This document shows, one piece after another, positions 13,305 through 26,760 of a stretch of DNA of 64,000 nt. Every line of letters begins with the position of its first letter. Position 1 is the first letter of the stretch. A program made the position numbers and the translations under genes. The notes under the pieces are model-generated. The model worked only from the letters and a program-made list of their open reading frames with translations. It ran no database searches and was not told where the DNA came from. Origin of the DNA: Ostrea edulis (lineage: Eukaryota); contig NC_079167.1 in assembly GCF_947568905.1 (NCBI RefSeq), forward strand, positions 33,790,001-33,854,000. The letters run 5' to 3'.

Positions 13305-14727
13305 ATGGAGTGTCAGCCAGGAGACACAACCACGTGTGTTAAGCGGGAGGTGGTGAGCATTACTGGAGCCATCCAGCTCGAATATAAAGACATACCCACC
13401 GCTCAAAACAATGCGTATAGGCTCTCCGCCTCATCTTGCAAAAAATGTCTTAGAGAAAGAACGGGCAAAAACAACAAATGGAGACAGAAGCAGCTACGGA
13501 AGCAGACCAAAGCAAATAGCCCGATCGTGATCCAGTTAAAGGACACGTTAAAGGCAGCTTTAAAACAGAAGCAGCGCACCCTGCACAAGTCCAAACACCG
13601 AGAGGAGTCTGAGGACTGGAAGTTAAGCAACAGTGATGTTAGTGTGGTGTCTGATGAGGAAACCGCGAGTAGCAAGGAAATCAAAACGAAAAAGGACGTT
13701 AAAAATTTAAGTGCCTTGATCTCAGTTATAGAAAAAACTCACCGAAAAGACAAAAAATTTCATGTGGGGTCTAACAATCTCGCAAGAAATACTCAAACAA
13801 AAAACTCGGAGTTTGTGGCAGATTATGTTCTAAACAATGCCACTTACTCCTCCGAAAACTCGGACCAAGTCAGTAGTAAGCCTAGAAGTATTGCCGAATG
13901 TGAAAATGTGGAGATCATTTGTAATGATTTAAATGAGAGTGACAGAAGTTCTAATGTGGAGGATACTGAGAGTGATACTGTTTCAACCATCTCAAGTTCT
14001 GAATCCCAATGCGACTCAGAGATCTCTAACTCACAGCCAGAAACCATGGACTCAGAAATGACTCAGGAGGAGCTGGAGAAGCTAGCACAGTACACAACAG
14101 GATGTCCCCTGATCCGCTACGACTGTCCACCTTCTGAGTGTCCACAGTGTCTGTCAGAGTTCTACTACAATTACCAGTATTACTATGACCAGGGACTCCT
14201 TCACACTTACCAGGTGCCCCCTGAAACCAAGGACGTGGTGGAGGAGAGCCCAGAGGCAGATCTGGAGGAGGGAGAGGACCCAGAAGGGGTGGAGGAGCCC
14301 CCTCCCGCTGAAAAGATGGACACAAACAGTTCATCAGAGAAGTTAGACTCCAAAGAGGAGCAAGGAAGGAAAGCCCCACCCAAGCAACTTCTGGAAATTG
14401 GCATCAAGTCTTCACAGGAGTCCTATTCAGATGACGTGTATGTGGACCTGACAGACACTGATGTGACTTTTACTGTGTACTACCATCATGACCTCGCAGC
14501 AGAGGACACTGAGAGTAACTATGCAAATACACCTACCTTTTTACCCCCCATGGTGCCATATCATATGATGACCCCTTATACAACGAATCCCTATTTCTCT
14601 GTGCCATACTGTTACTGGCCCTGTGTGTACCCTCCGTCTTACAGCTTAAGGAGTCCGCTCTATTTACCGGAGGACACAGAGTCCATCCCTAAAACACACA
14701 TGATTCCTCCTAAGGAACTGGAGAAAT
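13305..14727 (+). CDS. CNOT6: Large alternative 5' coding exon (474 aa) of the CCR4/CNOT6 locus
   Basis: The only long ORF in the window. First ATG at 13305. Consensus donor T|GTAAGT at 14728 is phase 1, matching the phase-1 acceptor at 18333 (joined reading ...KELEK-F-NSSAPSVRPWI). Summed CDS with downstream exons is 2589 nt, divisible by 3. Confidence 0.72.
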
Positions 14728-16646
14728 GTAAGTCCACTCACCTTTGCATATAAATGTAAGTTCTTTCATACTGACTTACATTAAGAGATCTTTGTTTACA
14801 AAAACAAAAGAGGTATATTTTGATCATATATATATCTGTATGTGCCATTTACTGATATAAACAATAATTTGTTTTTACACAAGAATATTAACAGCTTTGA
14901 ACTTTAATCTCATCTCTATAAATAACTTTTTAACAGTGGAGAAAAAGAGTTGATTGATCTACCTACTTTCCATCTGGGTAGTGAAGTGTGTCATAGTGTC
15001 ATTGATGATCTAATTACGAAGTCTGATTGAATATTTAATGTAAAGAGTATACTTAAAAACAAGCTAAAGAGATAATGTAACATATGTGGGGTTTATGATT
15101 CATGTATTTAATGGCTAACGTTAGGATGATAAGTCATCCACAGCATGTAGCAGGTTTAATAAGTATTCATGACGTGGGTTTTTGTTTTTTTTTTGGTTTT
15201 TTTTTTTTGGTGAAACACAGTTTGCATTGACGATCCTGTCTTTTATATTTACGTCAATAACACCACCTTGTAATATTTTTACAGAACAAAAATTCTTTGG
15301 TGAAAATATATTTGAGTGAGAGTGTTTGAGTGCTTCTTTATCCTCATCTATTATTTTTGACCCAGTTCTATAAATTCCATTTATAGGAAATTTTAAAGAA
15401 AAATAAACTTTGCCACAATTCAGGTTAATAAACGTCTAGGTTTATGGGGTATGACAAGTTGCTATCGCTGTATATAATGAAGTTAAGAAGCCTTCTTATG
15501 ATGCTCTAGTTCCTATTAACAAAGAATATTTTACCTGTAAAGCCCAAAACATTTAAACTCCGCACCCTTATCTCCGAATTTTCAATTCTTCCTTGTGTAG
15601 TAATTTCAGGCTTAAGCTACACAACTAGAATGTACTCTGTGCCACCAAATATTTATATTTACATGCCAATATGTTTTTCTATAGAAAATCATCAAAATCT
15701 CAAAGATGTTATAGGACAACAATATCCGTACATCAAAAGTGCTGGATGACCCCACAAAGCAAATGCTGGATAACTGTAATGTTGACCTCACCATGCAGTT
15801 GTGACCAATTATGTTCATAGAAAGCAGTTATGAAATCTGAATTTACAAAGATATCTTTCGAACATCAAGTGTGAAATGTAGGCATTAAATCATTTTTATT
15901 TATTTATTTTTTTTTTTTTTCACATTTATTACTCTATAACTAGATACATACAAATTGGGCTTTTTTTTTTTATTTCATAGTGTAATGGAGCACAAAGAAA
16001 GAAAAAAGATCATTTAATGCTTATTTTGACAATTTGCTGGCTGAAATAGGTCATTGAACAAATCAATGTTGGATGTTTAAAACTATGTAATGATGATAAA
16101 AAAAAATCTTTGTGGATTTCACACAAAATCTTATTGAACATATATATATATATTAAGAAAACTCGGGAGAAAATAGTTTTCTTTAGCCAAGCATGAAGAC
16201 ACATGATGTATTTTCAAATATACTGTTACTCCTCACCAATCATCAAAAACCAAATGCTTCAAATTTTCTGGAAAGGCCTGCAGTGATCATTTACTGAAGG
16301 GAAAACTTTTACTATTAGGATATGGTGGTAAGAGTTGTTTGTTGTCTAAGCCTGGTCAAGGCCAGTGTACCCTCTGCACATCAATAAGTATATTCCTCTG
16401 CTCTAGACAATAGCAACACAAAACAAAAGGCGTACGAGATTAAATAATAAACTACTCAGGTGTCGAAGCTCTGTTCTCTTGCCAATTTCTCTTTTGTTCA
16501 TCATTTGCAGTTCTTAAGGGTTTTTTTTTTTAAAAGTTGGCTGCCTAACAAATCTCTCGTTATGAATATAATAGCATCATATAACTCATGAAAACAGAAA
16601 TATATGTACTCTGTACAGCAAGGCTTTGTTTATCCAGATACCAAAC

Positions 16647-16845
16647 ATTTAGAGAATGTACTCTATACAGTCAGCCTTTGTTGATTTTTAGAGAACTCTA
16701 TTCAGTTGGCCTTTATTGATATTTAGAGAACTCTTTACAGTTGGCCTTTGTTGATATTTAGAGAACTCTTTACAGTTGGCCTTTGTTGATTTTTAGAGAA
16801 CTCTAAACATTTGGCCTTTGTTGATATATAGAAAACTTTTTACAG
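16647..16845. repeat. 35-bp minisatellite, ~5 copies
   Basis: Unit TTTAGAGAACTCTTTACAGTTGGCCTTTGTTGATA, no unique spacers. Confidence 0.85.
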
Positions 16846-18332
16846 TTATGCTTTATCTATCTGGTATTTTGTACAGTGGGTCTTTATTAATAGGAGTATG
16901 CCTTGTTTATGCTTCAGATTCTGGATGAAGTCATGTTTATTGTTTAAATATATACTGTACACAGGAATATAACAGACCCGCATGTATGTTCATGTAAATA
17001 GCAAGTGCATAGCAAAACATGAATTCATCCAATATCGAAATTTTTATGGGGATTCTTTATCAGCCATCCTTTGTGATATATATATATATACTTGTATCCT
17101 CAGGACTGAAAAAGGTTTTTGTCCTTAGATAACCTGAATATATAAGTGTTTGACCATTAAGCAGAGGGCTGTATATTGATGAACAGTTCCGGTGTAAAAC
17201 GAAATAAATAGACGTGTACTGGGAGGTAGAATAAGAGAGAGTATATCAGTGTCGGGACATCGAGCGAATTCTCACACGAAAAATTTATCATTTGTATTAC
17301 TTTGATTTTATTGAATATTGTGACAATTTTAAAATGAATGATAATGATGATTTGACAACATCCGATTTGACTTCATTTGTTAAGTTTTGAAAATACTAGT
17401 ACACCATGTAAAGCAACTGAAAGGCCTCATGTGAAACCATTTCTGTGACAGGTCGCTCAGAACGTGTTTTGTGCTTCATTTGTGGTGTTGAACATGGTTT
17501 ATGAAATTACAAATTTCTTTTTAATTTGCATATGATAATTTTTTTTCACTGATCCTTTACAAGGAAATTGTAGACAGATCATAATTAATCCAAAATAATG
17601 ACGTTTCACTGGTATTACATGACTCTTTCATTAAATTTGACACAGGATAAAACTTACAGAGTGCTTAACATTATATTAGATATCAATGCAGAATTTGGTG
17701 TATAAATTAGATAAAATCCATAAAAAGATCTTCTTAATTAATAGGTTTTATTTGTAGTCTTTTGCGTGTTGTATATGATTGGAGACAATTTGGCAGAATT
17801 CTTTTAGTTTATTTGAATTATGAATGTGAAATAGTGACAGCTGTCAAATTTTACACTAGAGCGGCATTCTCGAGCTGGCAGAAGAGAATTACAAGTACAT
17901 ACTTCAATTTTATTGTCTCAAATGAAAGAAAAGTGGTTTTACGCACTAGATTAGTTGTTTGCTACTTCAAAAAAGAAAATGATGAAGGTTTTTTTTTTTA
18001 TACAGATACTGATATCAAAACTAAATGACATTTTTTTCTCATGTTAACAAAATAGTGTGGCCTGCTATTTCATACCCTGCAGCGGTGATGAGGTTTGCTC
18101 ATTAAACTGAAATGTTAATCTGTTGGATAATATTATATGACTGAACTTTTTTTTTATCCAACTGTTGATTCATATGTGCTGATCCAGTAAGTAAATATTT
18201 GTGCCATCTTGTATGTCTTAAGTATGAGGATGTAAATTTCATACATAGATAATTGGTTTAGTTTTTTATTAAAGTGTATGTCTTACACCAGCAGAATATC
18301 TTTAAGTTAAGTACATATTTTTTTCTTTGCAG

Positions 18333-18401
18333 TCAATTCCTCTGCACCATCTGTGCGGCCATGGATCCCAGTCAAGGCAGCAGAAAAGAGCAGATCAAGT
18401 G
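18333..18401 (+). CDS. CNOT6: CCR4/CNOT6 linker exon (NSSAPSVRPWIPVKAAEKSRSS)
   Basis: ttttctttgcag acceptor, G|gtacgt donor, 69 nt, phase 1-1. RPWI matches the PPRPWI linker preceding the EEP domain in CNOT6/6L. Confidence 0.88.
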
Positions 18402-19872
18402 GTACGTAAGCTGCAGTATTGTTACTAGGCAACCACCTAGTAAAACGCAGGTCTCATGGTTAAATTTTTCTTCTGTAACTTGATGAGGAAGGCAGACATA
18501 TAGTACTATTTTCACAATTCACTGATATGATACTGTCACACGAGCCTGCATATTTTCCCCCCTCCGTCATCCTACCGTAAGGTTTAGCCCTAAAGATGTA
18601 ACATGATATTTGTGGCTGTCTGCTTCTCGACAATTCAAATGAAACTCCATTTTTGACATTTCACAATTATTTATTTTATGCGTGGAAAATAGCTCTAGTG
18701 TTTTGAATATAAATATCTTATGGTGGTCAGAGTTGAAATTTTTTAGCAGTAGAGAGAATGCTTCATTGCTAACCACATGGTCCTGGAGAAATTAGAATGT
18801 GGAGTCATTTGATATGTATTTTAATCAGAGTTATATTTATCTTGCAGAGTTATTTGGTAAAACTGTTGAAATTCATTTAATGAATAGACGTAGAAGAATA
18901 ATGTTTTGGCTATTTAGATCATTAATTAAGGTTTAAATGTGTTTTCTAAGCAAATTAGACAAGTTCAACATAAGTGTTATTATTTCTACCTGCCAAATGT
19001 TTACAGTAAGATTGTGACAAGACAAGGATGACCTCTGCTGGTCATTGTTGTGACGACATTTTCTGTCCATTAAATTTTTACATCCATCTTGGAGGTTGTT
19101 GACTGTTTTCATATTGTTAGTCTGCCATGATGGATTTTATCTTGCAAAAAAAAAAATGTATAAAAATAATGGGAAGTAATAAAATCAATGAAATGTGATC
19201 CGGTAATTGCCACTTCCATACTCTTTTTATCTTTTATGATGTATATACTCATTATACTGTATTAATTAAATTTGGAAAGTGGAGAAATTTTTGGTTTGGT
19301 TCTCCAGGATAAAATCTGTGGAGGGCAATTGATTGACCATGGACTGGCCTTTCAAATGACCAGTACACATAACCAGGCAGGACTATGTTTTCCATTTTTT
19401 TCAATCAAAATTAATAATCCAAAGCCTGGGATTCAGTTGTTGCCAAATTGCAGGCTTTTAGTTTGAGCAATTTGGATTGTTGATTTTTAAATATTTACCG
19501 TAGTTTGGTTAAACAGATTGCCTGAATGTATTGGATCATTGATCATTAGAAGAGAACTGGTTTAATGACAAACCAACTTTAAATAGCAGTAGTAAATACA
19601 TTTCATCAATTCTTTTCATTCCTTGACAAATATGAAATTATTTAACAGCATTCATTGATCTGACTGTTATGTTAAATTCTCAGTGTCTAGAAAATTCTTA
19701 TAGTATTTATCATGTTTATTTTTGAAATTGTGCAGTAATAACAAGGAGTGCACACTGGGTCTTATGTAGCACAATGAAGAATGATGTGCACATAAATTGA
19801 ATGAAAGCCTTTACTATTAGAAGAGGAACTGTCAGATTAGAAATTAGATTTGCTTCCTATTTTCTTTTTCAG

Positions 19873-20030
19873 CCATTTTCACAGTGATGTGCTACAATGT
19901 GCTGTGTGACAAGTATTGTACTCGTCAGATGTATGGGTATTGTCCCTCCTGGGCCCTTAACTGGGAGTACCGCAAAAAAGGAATCATAGACGAGATCAGA
20001 CACGGTGCAGCCGACATAATCAGTCTGCAG
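19873..20030 (+). CDS. CNOT6: CCR4/CNOT6 EEP nuclease exon (AIFTVMCYNVLCDKY...DIISLQ)
   Basis: Near identity to CNOT6 FTVMCYNVLCDKY-TRQ-YGYCPSWALNWEYRKK; canonical AG/GT. Confidence 0.97.
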
Positions 20031-21686
20031 GTGAGGGCACCAATTTACAGTTCTGAAATGTGTCTGGTTCTCGATCAGTTGTGTGTAAAGGGTATTTTGA
20101 TTAGGGTATGGGTGAAGTCGGGTTTTGTGTAAAGGTTTTTTTTATTAGTGTATGGGTGAAGTAGAGCTATAGAATTTTCCGATGGATAAAATGGCTGTTT
20201 AAATGATGATAATGGGAAAAAACTATCCCTGAATTTAAGTCACGACAATTTAGCAAGAAAAAATACATCACTTGACTAAGGATGTTGTCCTGCAGACGTC
20301 AACATGCAGTTGTAAAATTGACGTCATTGTTCACAAGCCAGGATGTGGTTTGCTTATGGTAGTCAGGAGATACAAGACCATTGACACACTTCAGTTCAGG
20401 ATTCTAGCCCACTTTATTGCATTAGTAGGAATTATAGTCTCTATTCCATCATTCATATAGAAACACACCTGCTATGACTGGATAGGTGGGGGGATCACCT
20501 AGGACTGAAATAGGTGCAGCTCCCCGCATGGCCTACATCCTCATGATATGTTTGTTTGTCCATCCATCATTTCATCTCAAGTAGCCTGTAAATTGTTTTA
20601 AGACCACATTTTTGTATACTTTCTATAAGGTTGTTAGAAATTTTTGAAAATGGACAGTGTAAATAAATGTGGAAATCTGTTTTTGAAACACCTTGGAAAT
20701 AAGAATGGCTAACTTTTATAAGGAAGATAGTGCAATATTTAACACAGAAATTCTACTTCTTTTTCGGAGATTTTTTCAAAATTGGCACAAAGTTGTTGTT
20801 ATACAGTCTGAGGTTTTTGTCTTGGGTTGTCTTACTTGAAATATTAATGCACAAACTTAGCAATTAAAGTGTTTAAATGTCCTAGTATTTTTTCTAGTGA
20901 AGTAATGTAGTAACTTTGACTATGACCTGGTTCGTGTATAAAATTAATATGCTGTTGCGGTCTCGTGAAGAGTACTAAAAGTACAAGTCAGATATTCTTG
21001 GATAACACAAGCAGAATTCTCAGAGCTGTGTTGAATTAGTTGTTTAAACACACCTCTCTCAGATCCAACAAGCACTGACCCCGCTGTAGTTCCTGTCTGT
21101 CCATTGATTGTCTCTGTGTTACGGGCTGTGTACTGTTTGTCAGTAGTTGCTGTAATATACCTTCTGATGAAGCAGGGAAATGTCCTAACATAGATAGGAA
21201 GCTAGCGACAGTTTTCTTCTATCACTCTGACATTGAAATCGAAGGGTTGTCAGCCAATCAATATTTGATCAGTTGTGCGACGAGTTACCTTGTGAACATT
21301 TCATTTACAGATTGATAAATAAGAATTAACTCTTGTCAATGGAACAATTGCCCTTTTCATCTGCACATTTAGCAGTCATATATCACATTAGGAAACCACT
21401 AACAACAAAAATAGTTCTGTGAAACTTAAGAGGTGTTTGTTTGATCACAAGAAAGACACGTTGTGACACGAACATTGATAATTTTTTATCAGTTTCAATC
21501 AAGTTGAACTGATGCTTTTGATCATTAATCAGTTTAATCAATCATGTTTTTAGTACATTTCTAGAGGATGATTGCTAGATTTAAATAAAATCTTAAAATA
21601 GGAAACAGAATAAATATGTAGATGTATTGATTATACAGATTCTGACTGTGTGGGTTTTTTAATGTATATTATTGGCTTCATTACAG

Positions 21687-21841
21687 GAAGTGGAAACTGA
21701 TCAGTTCCACAACTTCTTTCTGCCAGAGCTCCGCAGAGACGGTTACGATGGAATCTTCTCTGCAAAATCACGAGCACGAACGATGACAGAGGCTGACAGA
21801 AAGCATGTGGATGGTTGTGCAATATTCTTCAAAACTAGCAA
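21687..21841 (+). CDS. CNOT6: CCR4/CNOT6 exon (EVETDQFHNFF...DGCAIFFKTS)
   Basis: Metal-binding Glu of LQ|EVE; KSRARTM...KHVDGCAIFFK; phase 0-2. Confidence 0.97.
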
Positions 21842-23161
21842 GTATGTGACAGAACCTGATAGGATTAGACAGCACACAGTCACTTGTCATAAGTGGTGGC
21901 AAAAAAATTTGCATGTTTATCAAATCAAGGTGTGGTCCGTTGTCTGCCATCACTGATAGGTTGTTGTTTTTGTTTTTTTTATCTCTTCAGATGTTTTTAA
22001 ATGAGGGATTATAGAGATTTCATTGTAGTCCTGCTAAGATTGGGCTGCTGTTCCATATTGCAACAAAAAAGAAAGAAAAAGGGAAGATTAAATAAATGAC
22101 ACTCTCTCACATGCGTTGATTAATTAACGTACAGTGAATGAGTAATAATTAAATGGGCATACAGTGCATAGACCCTTAATTAAGTGACCTACATATAGAT
22201 GAAGATGTCATGCAAGAAATAGACTTGGCTTATGTTCTAGAGGGCACCACCCAGATTAGAATTTTCTACTAGAATGTGATTGTGGTGTTGCTGTTGTCAG
22301 AACATGTAATTAAATTGACCTTCAACCAAATGATTAAAATGACCTTTAACTAGATTTGGATCACAATTGTTCTGTCGTGTATTGGTCCAGTCTCTTAAGC
22401 AGACTTTTGATCCAAACCTCATTGCATTGCCACAAGAATCTGAAATCCCCACAGAATCCTCCCAGAAAATGTCAATCAAAGAGCAATGACTGCAGATTCA
22501 ATTACTGCTCTGGTAATTACCTGATACAAAAAATGAAAACTCGTAACAATACAGTCTGAAGTGGTGCTCATCATGGGGTGAAACTGAAGGACAGACATCG
22601 TAATGAAGAAAATTAATGAGTGGTTTTTTTAAACATTGAGGGCCGTGATGCCAGAACCTTAAAGGTAGCAGGCAGTGTACAGACGATCCCTGTAATTGTC
22701 TAACAGTTCCTTCATATACTAAGTCGGTCGTACTCTTTATGGGCAAGGTTATCTTATAAAACAGCTTGTTATTCAATTTTAAAAATCTGATGACACTTAT
22801 CGTACTCCTTAGCTGGCGGCTACTGGAAAATTACGTTTCTATGTCATAATTTTTTAAGTCATAAGTGAAAGCTTATTTCACAATGAAAAATAAGAGCAAA
22901 GTATGTTTTAATAATGTTGTTGCGGTCTGTTTGATTAAGACAAATGGAAGTTACAATGTTTCCTTCTCTATGACGACTGTCTTGCTCGGTTTTGTGACAT
23001 AATTTCTAGAGTGCTTCCTTTTTATGTTATTTACACAAAGGCACTTCGGAGACCATTTCTGCTGTTCTATAAATATTAATAAGATAAATTAATAATATGT
23101 CATAGCAATTAGGATTACAGTTTAAAAGTTGGAAGATAAAGGGTACCCATTTTGACTCCAG

Positions 23162-23313
23162 GTTCCACCTAGTGAAAGAGCATTGTGTTGAGTTCAACCA
23201 GCTGGCCATGGCTAATGCTGAGGGTTCAGATGACATGTTGAACCGTGTCATGACAAAGGATAACATCGGACTGGCAGCCATGTTGGAGATTAAGGAGGGA
23301 GCGTATGATAATG
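23162..23313 (+). CDS. CNOT6: CCR4/CNOT6 exon (FHLVKEHCVEFNQLAMANAEG...AYDN)
   Basis: VEFNQLAMAN-EGS--MLNRVMTKDNIG motif; phase 2-1. Confidence 0.97.
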
Positions 23314-23666
23314 GTGAGTGCTTACTCTGCTGGTGTGACCCATTGCTAAAGACTTGCCCAGCCATTACTATTGCTAACAGAGTTAGAAACATCAGTCTTG
23401 TAATCTGTCGTTTAACAGAGCGTAGTAGGAATCGTAAAACATTCACATTGTAAGATGTTGCTGTCAGCAGATGTTGCGCTTGTGATGATTTGTAAAAAGT
23501 GAATATTTTTAAGAATCCGGATTTTTATGTACATTATGCTATATTATTTTTATCAATTGCTTCACAAAATTTGAATTCTGAAAGTTTGTGACAGATGGAG
23601 TTTATGACTGCAGTTTCAAATAGTATGGGTTATTTTTATTTGATGTTTCTGTGGTTTATACAGCAG

Positions 23667-23891
23667 GTGCCCTGAGTGAGATGCAGATGAAGCAACCCTT
23701 AGTTGTAGCCACGGCCCACATCCACTGGGACCCGGAGTTCTCGGACGTCAAGCTCATTCAGACCATGATGCTGATGTGGCGCCTCAAGAAAGTCATTGAG
23801 GAGAACTTCACCACCATGAACCAAGGGCTGGTCGATGTCACTCGTGTTCCCCTCATCTTATGTGGAGATCTCAACTCCCTCCCAGACTCAG
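23667..23891 (+). CDS. CNOT6: CCR4/CNOT6 exon (ALSEMQMKQPLVVATAHIHWDPEFSDVKL...CGDLNSLPDS)
   Basis: HWDPE-SDVKL and GDLNSLPDSG catalytic motifs. Tandem CAGCAG acceptor, so the start may be 23664. Confidence 0.96.
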
Positions 23892-24014
23892 GTCTGTATC
23901 TCAAAACTCAGCATCTCACACAAAGTACTCAATAGCTTTAGATTGGCAAACTCTGCTAACCCCTTAAGAGTAGGTGGCTCATATTGATTTTGAGGTCCCA
24001 AAGTTGAAGACCAG

Positions 24015-24227
24015 TGGCCCATTTTACAAAACAACTTCCGACAAAATCACAAGTCTTAAATTGTATTACACAGTTATTACTTTAAATAAATGAATTTAAA
24101 CTTTTCTGAGACTTAATTTTGAACATTTTCTTAAAAAAATATTCTGCATTTGGAGTGAATGATCTAAGATAAGCTGGAAAATTCCAGTATGTAAAGTTTG
24201 TCGTAAGTTCTTTTGTAAAACGCAACC
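24015..24227. mobile_element. ~210-bp MITE, probably PIF/Harbinger type
   Basis: ~30-bp TIRs (TTTTACAAAA..ACTT.CGA), CAG duplicated at 24012-14 and 24228-30. Second copy at 39968-40186 in reverse orientation. Confidence 0.75.
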
Positions 24228-24357
24228 CAGGAGTCAAACTACTCCAGACATAAGAAAATATTGTCTACTCAGTATTATGAGAAACCTTTGCTATCAAGCC
24301 ATCAGGTGGTTGCCAACGACTAATATGTGACCCTTGATTTTAACTATCATTTATATA

Positions 24358-25647
24358 CAGTGAAACTTCTCTAAACCGGCCAGCTGTCGGACCGAAAAAA
24401 ACGGCCGGTTTAGAGGGGTGGCCGGTATACCGAGAATTTAGCATTTAGAGACATTTCAGCTCAATTTTTATTAGATATTTCATTGACATACCACAAGCCA
24501 TATAATATGGTGTTCAAGGACTATTATATCTCTATTGGAAATAAAACATAATAATTTACTAACATGTTTATTTTCAATTTATAGCACTAAAATAAACATT
24601 TTTACATTGACATGCATAAATAATGGAAAACATTCCGTTTAAATAAAACTGCATTTGATAATTGTATAGAAATCTGTAGACTAGCAGCATTTATGTAGAA
24701 TTTCGTCTTATGTTTTAATAAACAAAACAAAACACATAGCCATTTGATTGCTGCAATTAATACACAGAGTAGGTACTGCTCACTTTGATATGGGGATCTA
24801 TGATCAATTATCAGTGGAGATCAAACTAGTCCACTTGTACCTACAGGTAATTATTACAAGACAGTCTTGCTGCAATCATCTAATTTTAACTAAAAATTTA
24901 TTACAGGATACATAAAGAAAAAACAGAGGCCTATATTATTGGAATTCCTCTTACCTATAAAAACTCTGTTTACATCCATTGCTTATATCGTTAACAAATT
25001 TGTTTTGACGTTTTTGAAAAGTACAGTAGTAAATATATAATTTTAATTTTGATGTTTCTTAGGAATTTTAAGTCTATGGAAACCTCCCCAAAATCATTCA
25101 TCTATTGAAAATTATCATTAACAGGCATGGGTTTGTTGTTTATTAACTATCGCTTATATCCATGGTGCAACAATATGGCGTATTGAATCCCTATTGATTG
25201 TATTCATTCAATATGTGCATATCTGTTTATAACATTTCATACAGAAATTTGAAAGGGTCACTTGGATTAGCCAAGCACCAATTAACACCCTGGACAGCAC
25301 AGGTAAACTATAGAACTTATAGAGGACACTGGTATTTTTCACACCTCCAGTGGATAATTTCCCACCTGGCCAGTAGGTCAGTCATTTTTCACACCTGGCC
25401 AGTCTTAATCACCTCTCTGGCCAAAATTTCTAGTCTTCAAATAGTGGCTGGTATTATAAGGGTAAATTACACATGTTTGTTAACAATTGTACTTTAAAAA
25501 GTGGCTGATGTCTGGTTTTCAGGGGTGGCCGGTTTTGTGAGACTTTCTTTGTAAGGAAATGTTAAGGTTTCTGCCGGGACTTTGAAAATCGACCGATATT
25601 CAGGGAGAACCGGTTTTCTGAGGGGCCGGTTTGGAGAAGTTTCACTG
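24358..25647. mobile_element. Non-autonomous Tc1/mariner-pogo-type element, 1290 bp
   Basis: TIR CAGTGAAACTTCTC(T/C)AAACCGG at both ends, TA on both sides, subterminal GGCCGGTTT repeats. Confidence 0.85.
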
Positions 25648-26499
25648 TAGACATTGTAAATTTAAAGTTGTCACATTTTCAATATTGCCTCATTTAATAA
25701 GGAGGGAGGATTGGATATGTTTCTAAAACTTTTCTTGTTTATATAAGGAGATTTTAGATAAAACAAATCATGCATGTATTTATGTTATCCACTACTGATT
25801 ATCAAGAATAGATTATCTTTATCACAGTGGATCTACCTGATTTCCTTGTACCTATCCGGTACATTTTAGTTGATAGCGACTGTAAATGTTATGCAAGTTT
25901 TTTTGATAGGTCACCCAGAGTTGGTGGATAATTATTGATTGAGTCATCCAGTACAGGACTGGAGGGTTACAATAATCTCAGTGGTCCCTGTAAAATTATA
26001 CCATGTTGGGGGTGGGATGTCATTTACTGTAACGTTGACATTTTCAAACTGCATGCTAAAAGTGTATATTATATGTCATCCATTACTAGCTGCACTCAAT
26101 GATGCTATACTCAGAAAAGGGGGGCGGGATCTTATATCATTTATAAAATACAAATGTGCATGCATGTTTGCAATAATTCAGTAGGGTATACTGTTAGAGA
26201 GGTAAAGTACAGGTGATTTTGATGAATGATTTGATTCATTAGTGAAGCCTTTGCTTTCAATCATTTTATAAGATTGACATGATGTATGTTGGGATCTAGA
26301 CTATACTCCTGGTGTTTGTTATTTAATATAATTTGCAATCCATCATTTGTGTAAGTTTTGATTACTTAATCTGTCTTGAGTGAAGACTTCAGGTTCTGAC
26401 ATTGTGGTGTTTTGTTCCTTTTGCTAGATAATTATCTCTGGCTGCTCTTAGGCACATTTTTAGCCAGGTACTACAAATTTTGATCTTTTTGAAAGGATG

Positions 26500-26760
26500 A
26501 ATAACAGGACCTCTCAAAATTGTCGTGAAGAATGACCTACAGAATATGAATAATATTGTAATGGTGCTGGAAATGGTCAATTTGGCCTCGTGTTGTGAAA
26601 AATGCAATTTCTTTGTAATTTTATTAAAAAAAACTTTATGGGACTCAAATGGCAAACAGATTGCTTTGCTTGGATAACACCTTAATCTACTAAACTGACC
26701 TGAAGAGAGATGAAGAATACATTTTGTGTTGACTGGGTAGTGAAGTGACTGAAACACTCG
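26500..26760 (+). pseudogene. Possible decayed hAT-family transposase C-terminal fragment
   Basis: LASCCEK...LLKKT with stops loosely resembles the hAT dimerisation motif (SxxCERxFS...IKT). Weak match. Confidence 0.25.

Noticed and set aside
13403-14407. Antisense ORFs (13403-13684, 13844-14047, 14026-14379, 14207-14407)
   Set aside because: Shadows of the sense coding exon; no independent features.
21163-21215. Hammerhead ribozyme at CTGATGA (also 13652, 36257)
   Set aside because: No stem II followed by GAAA and no flanking stems could be formed.
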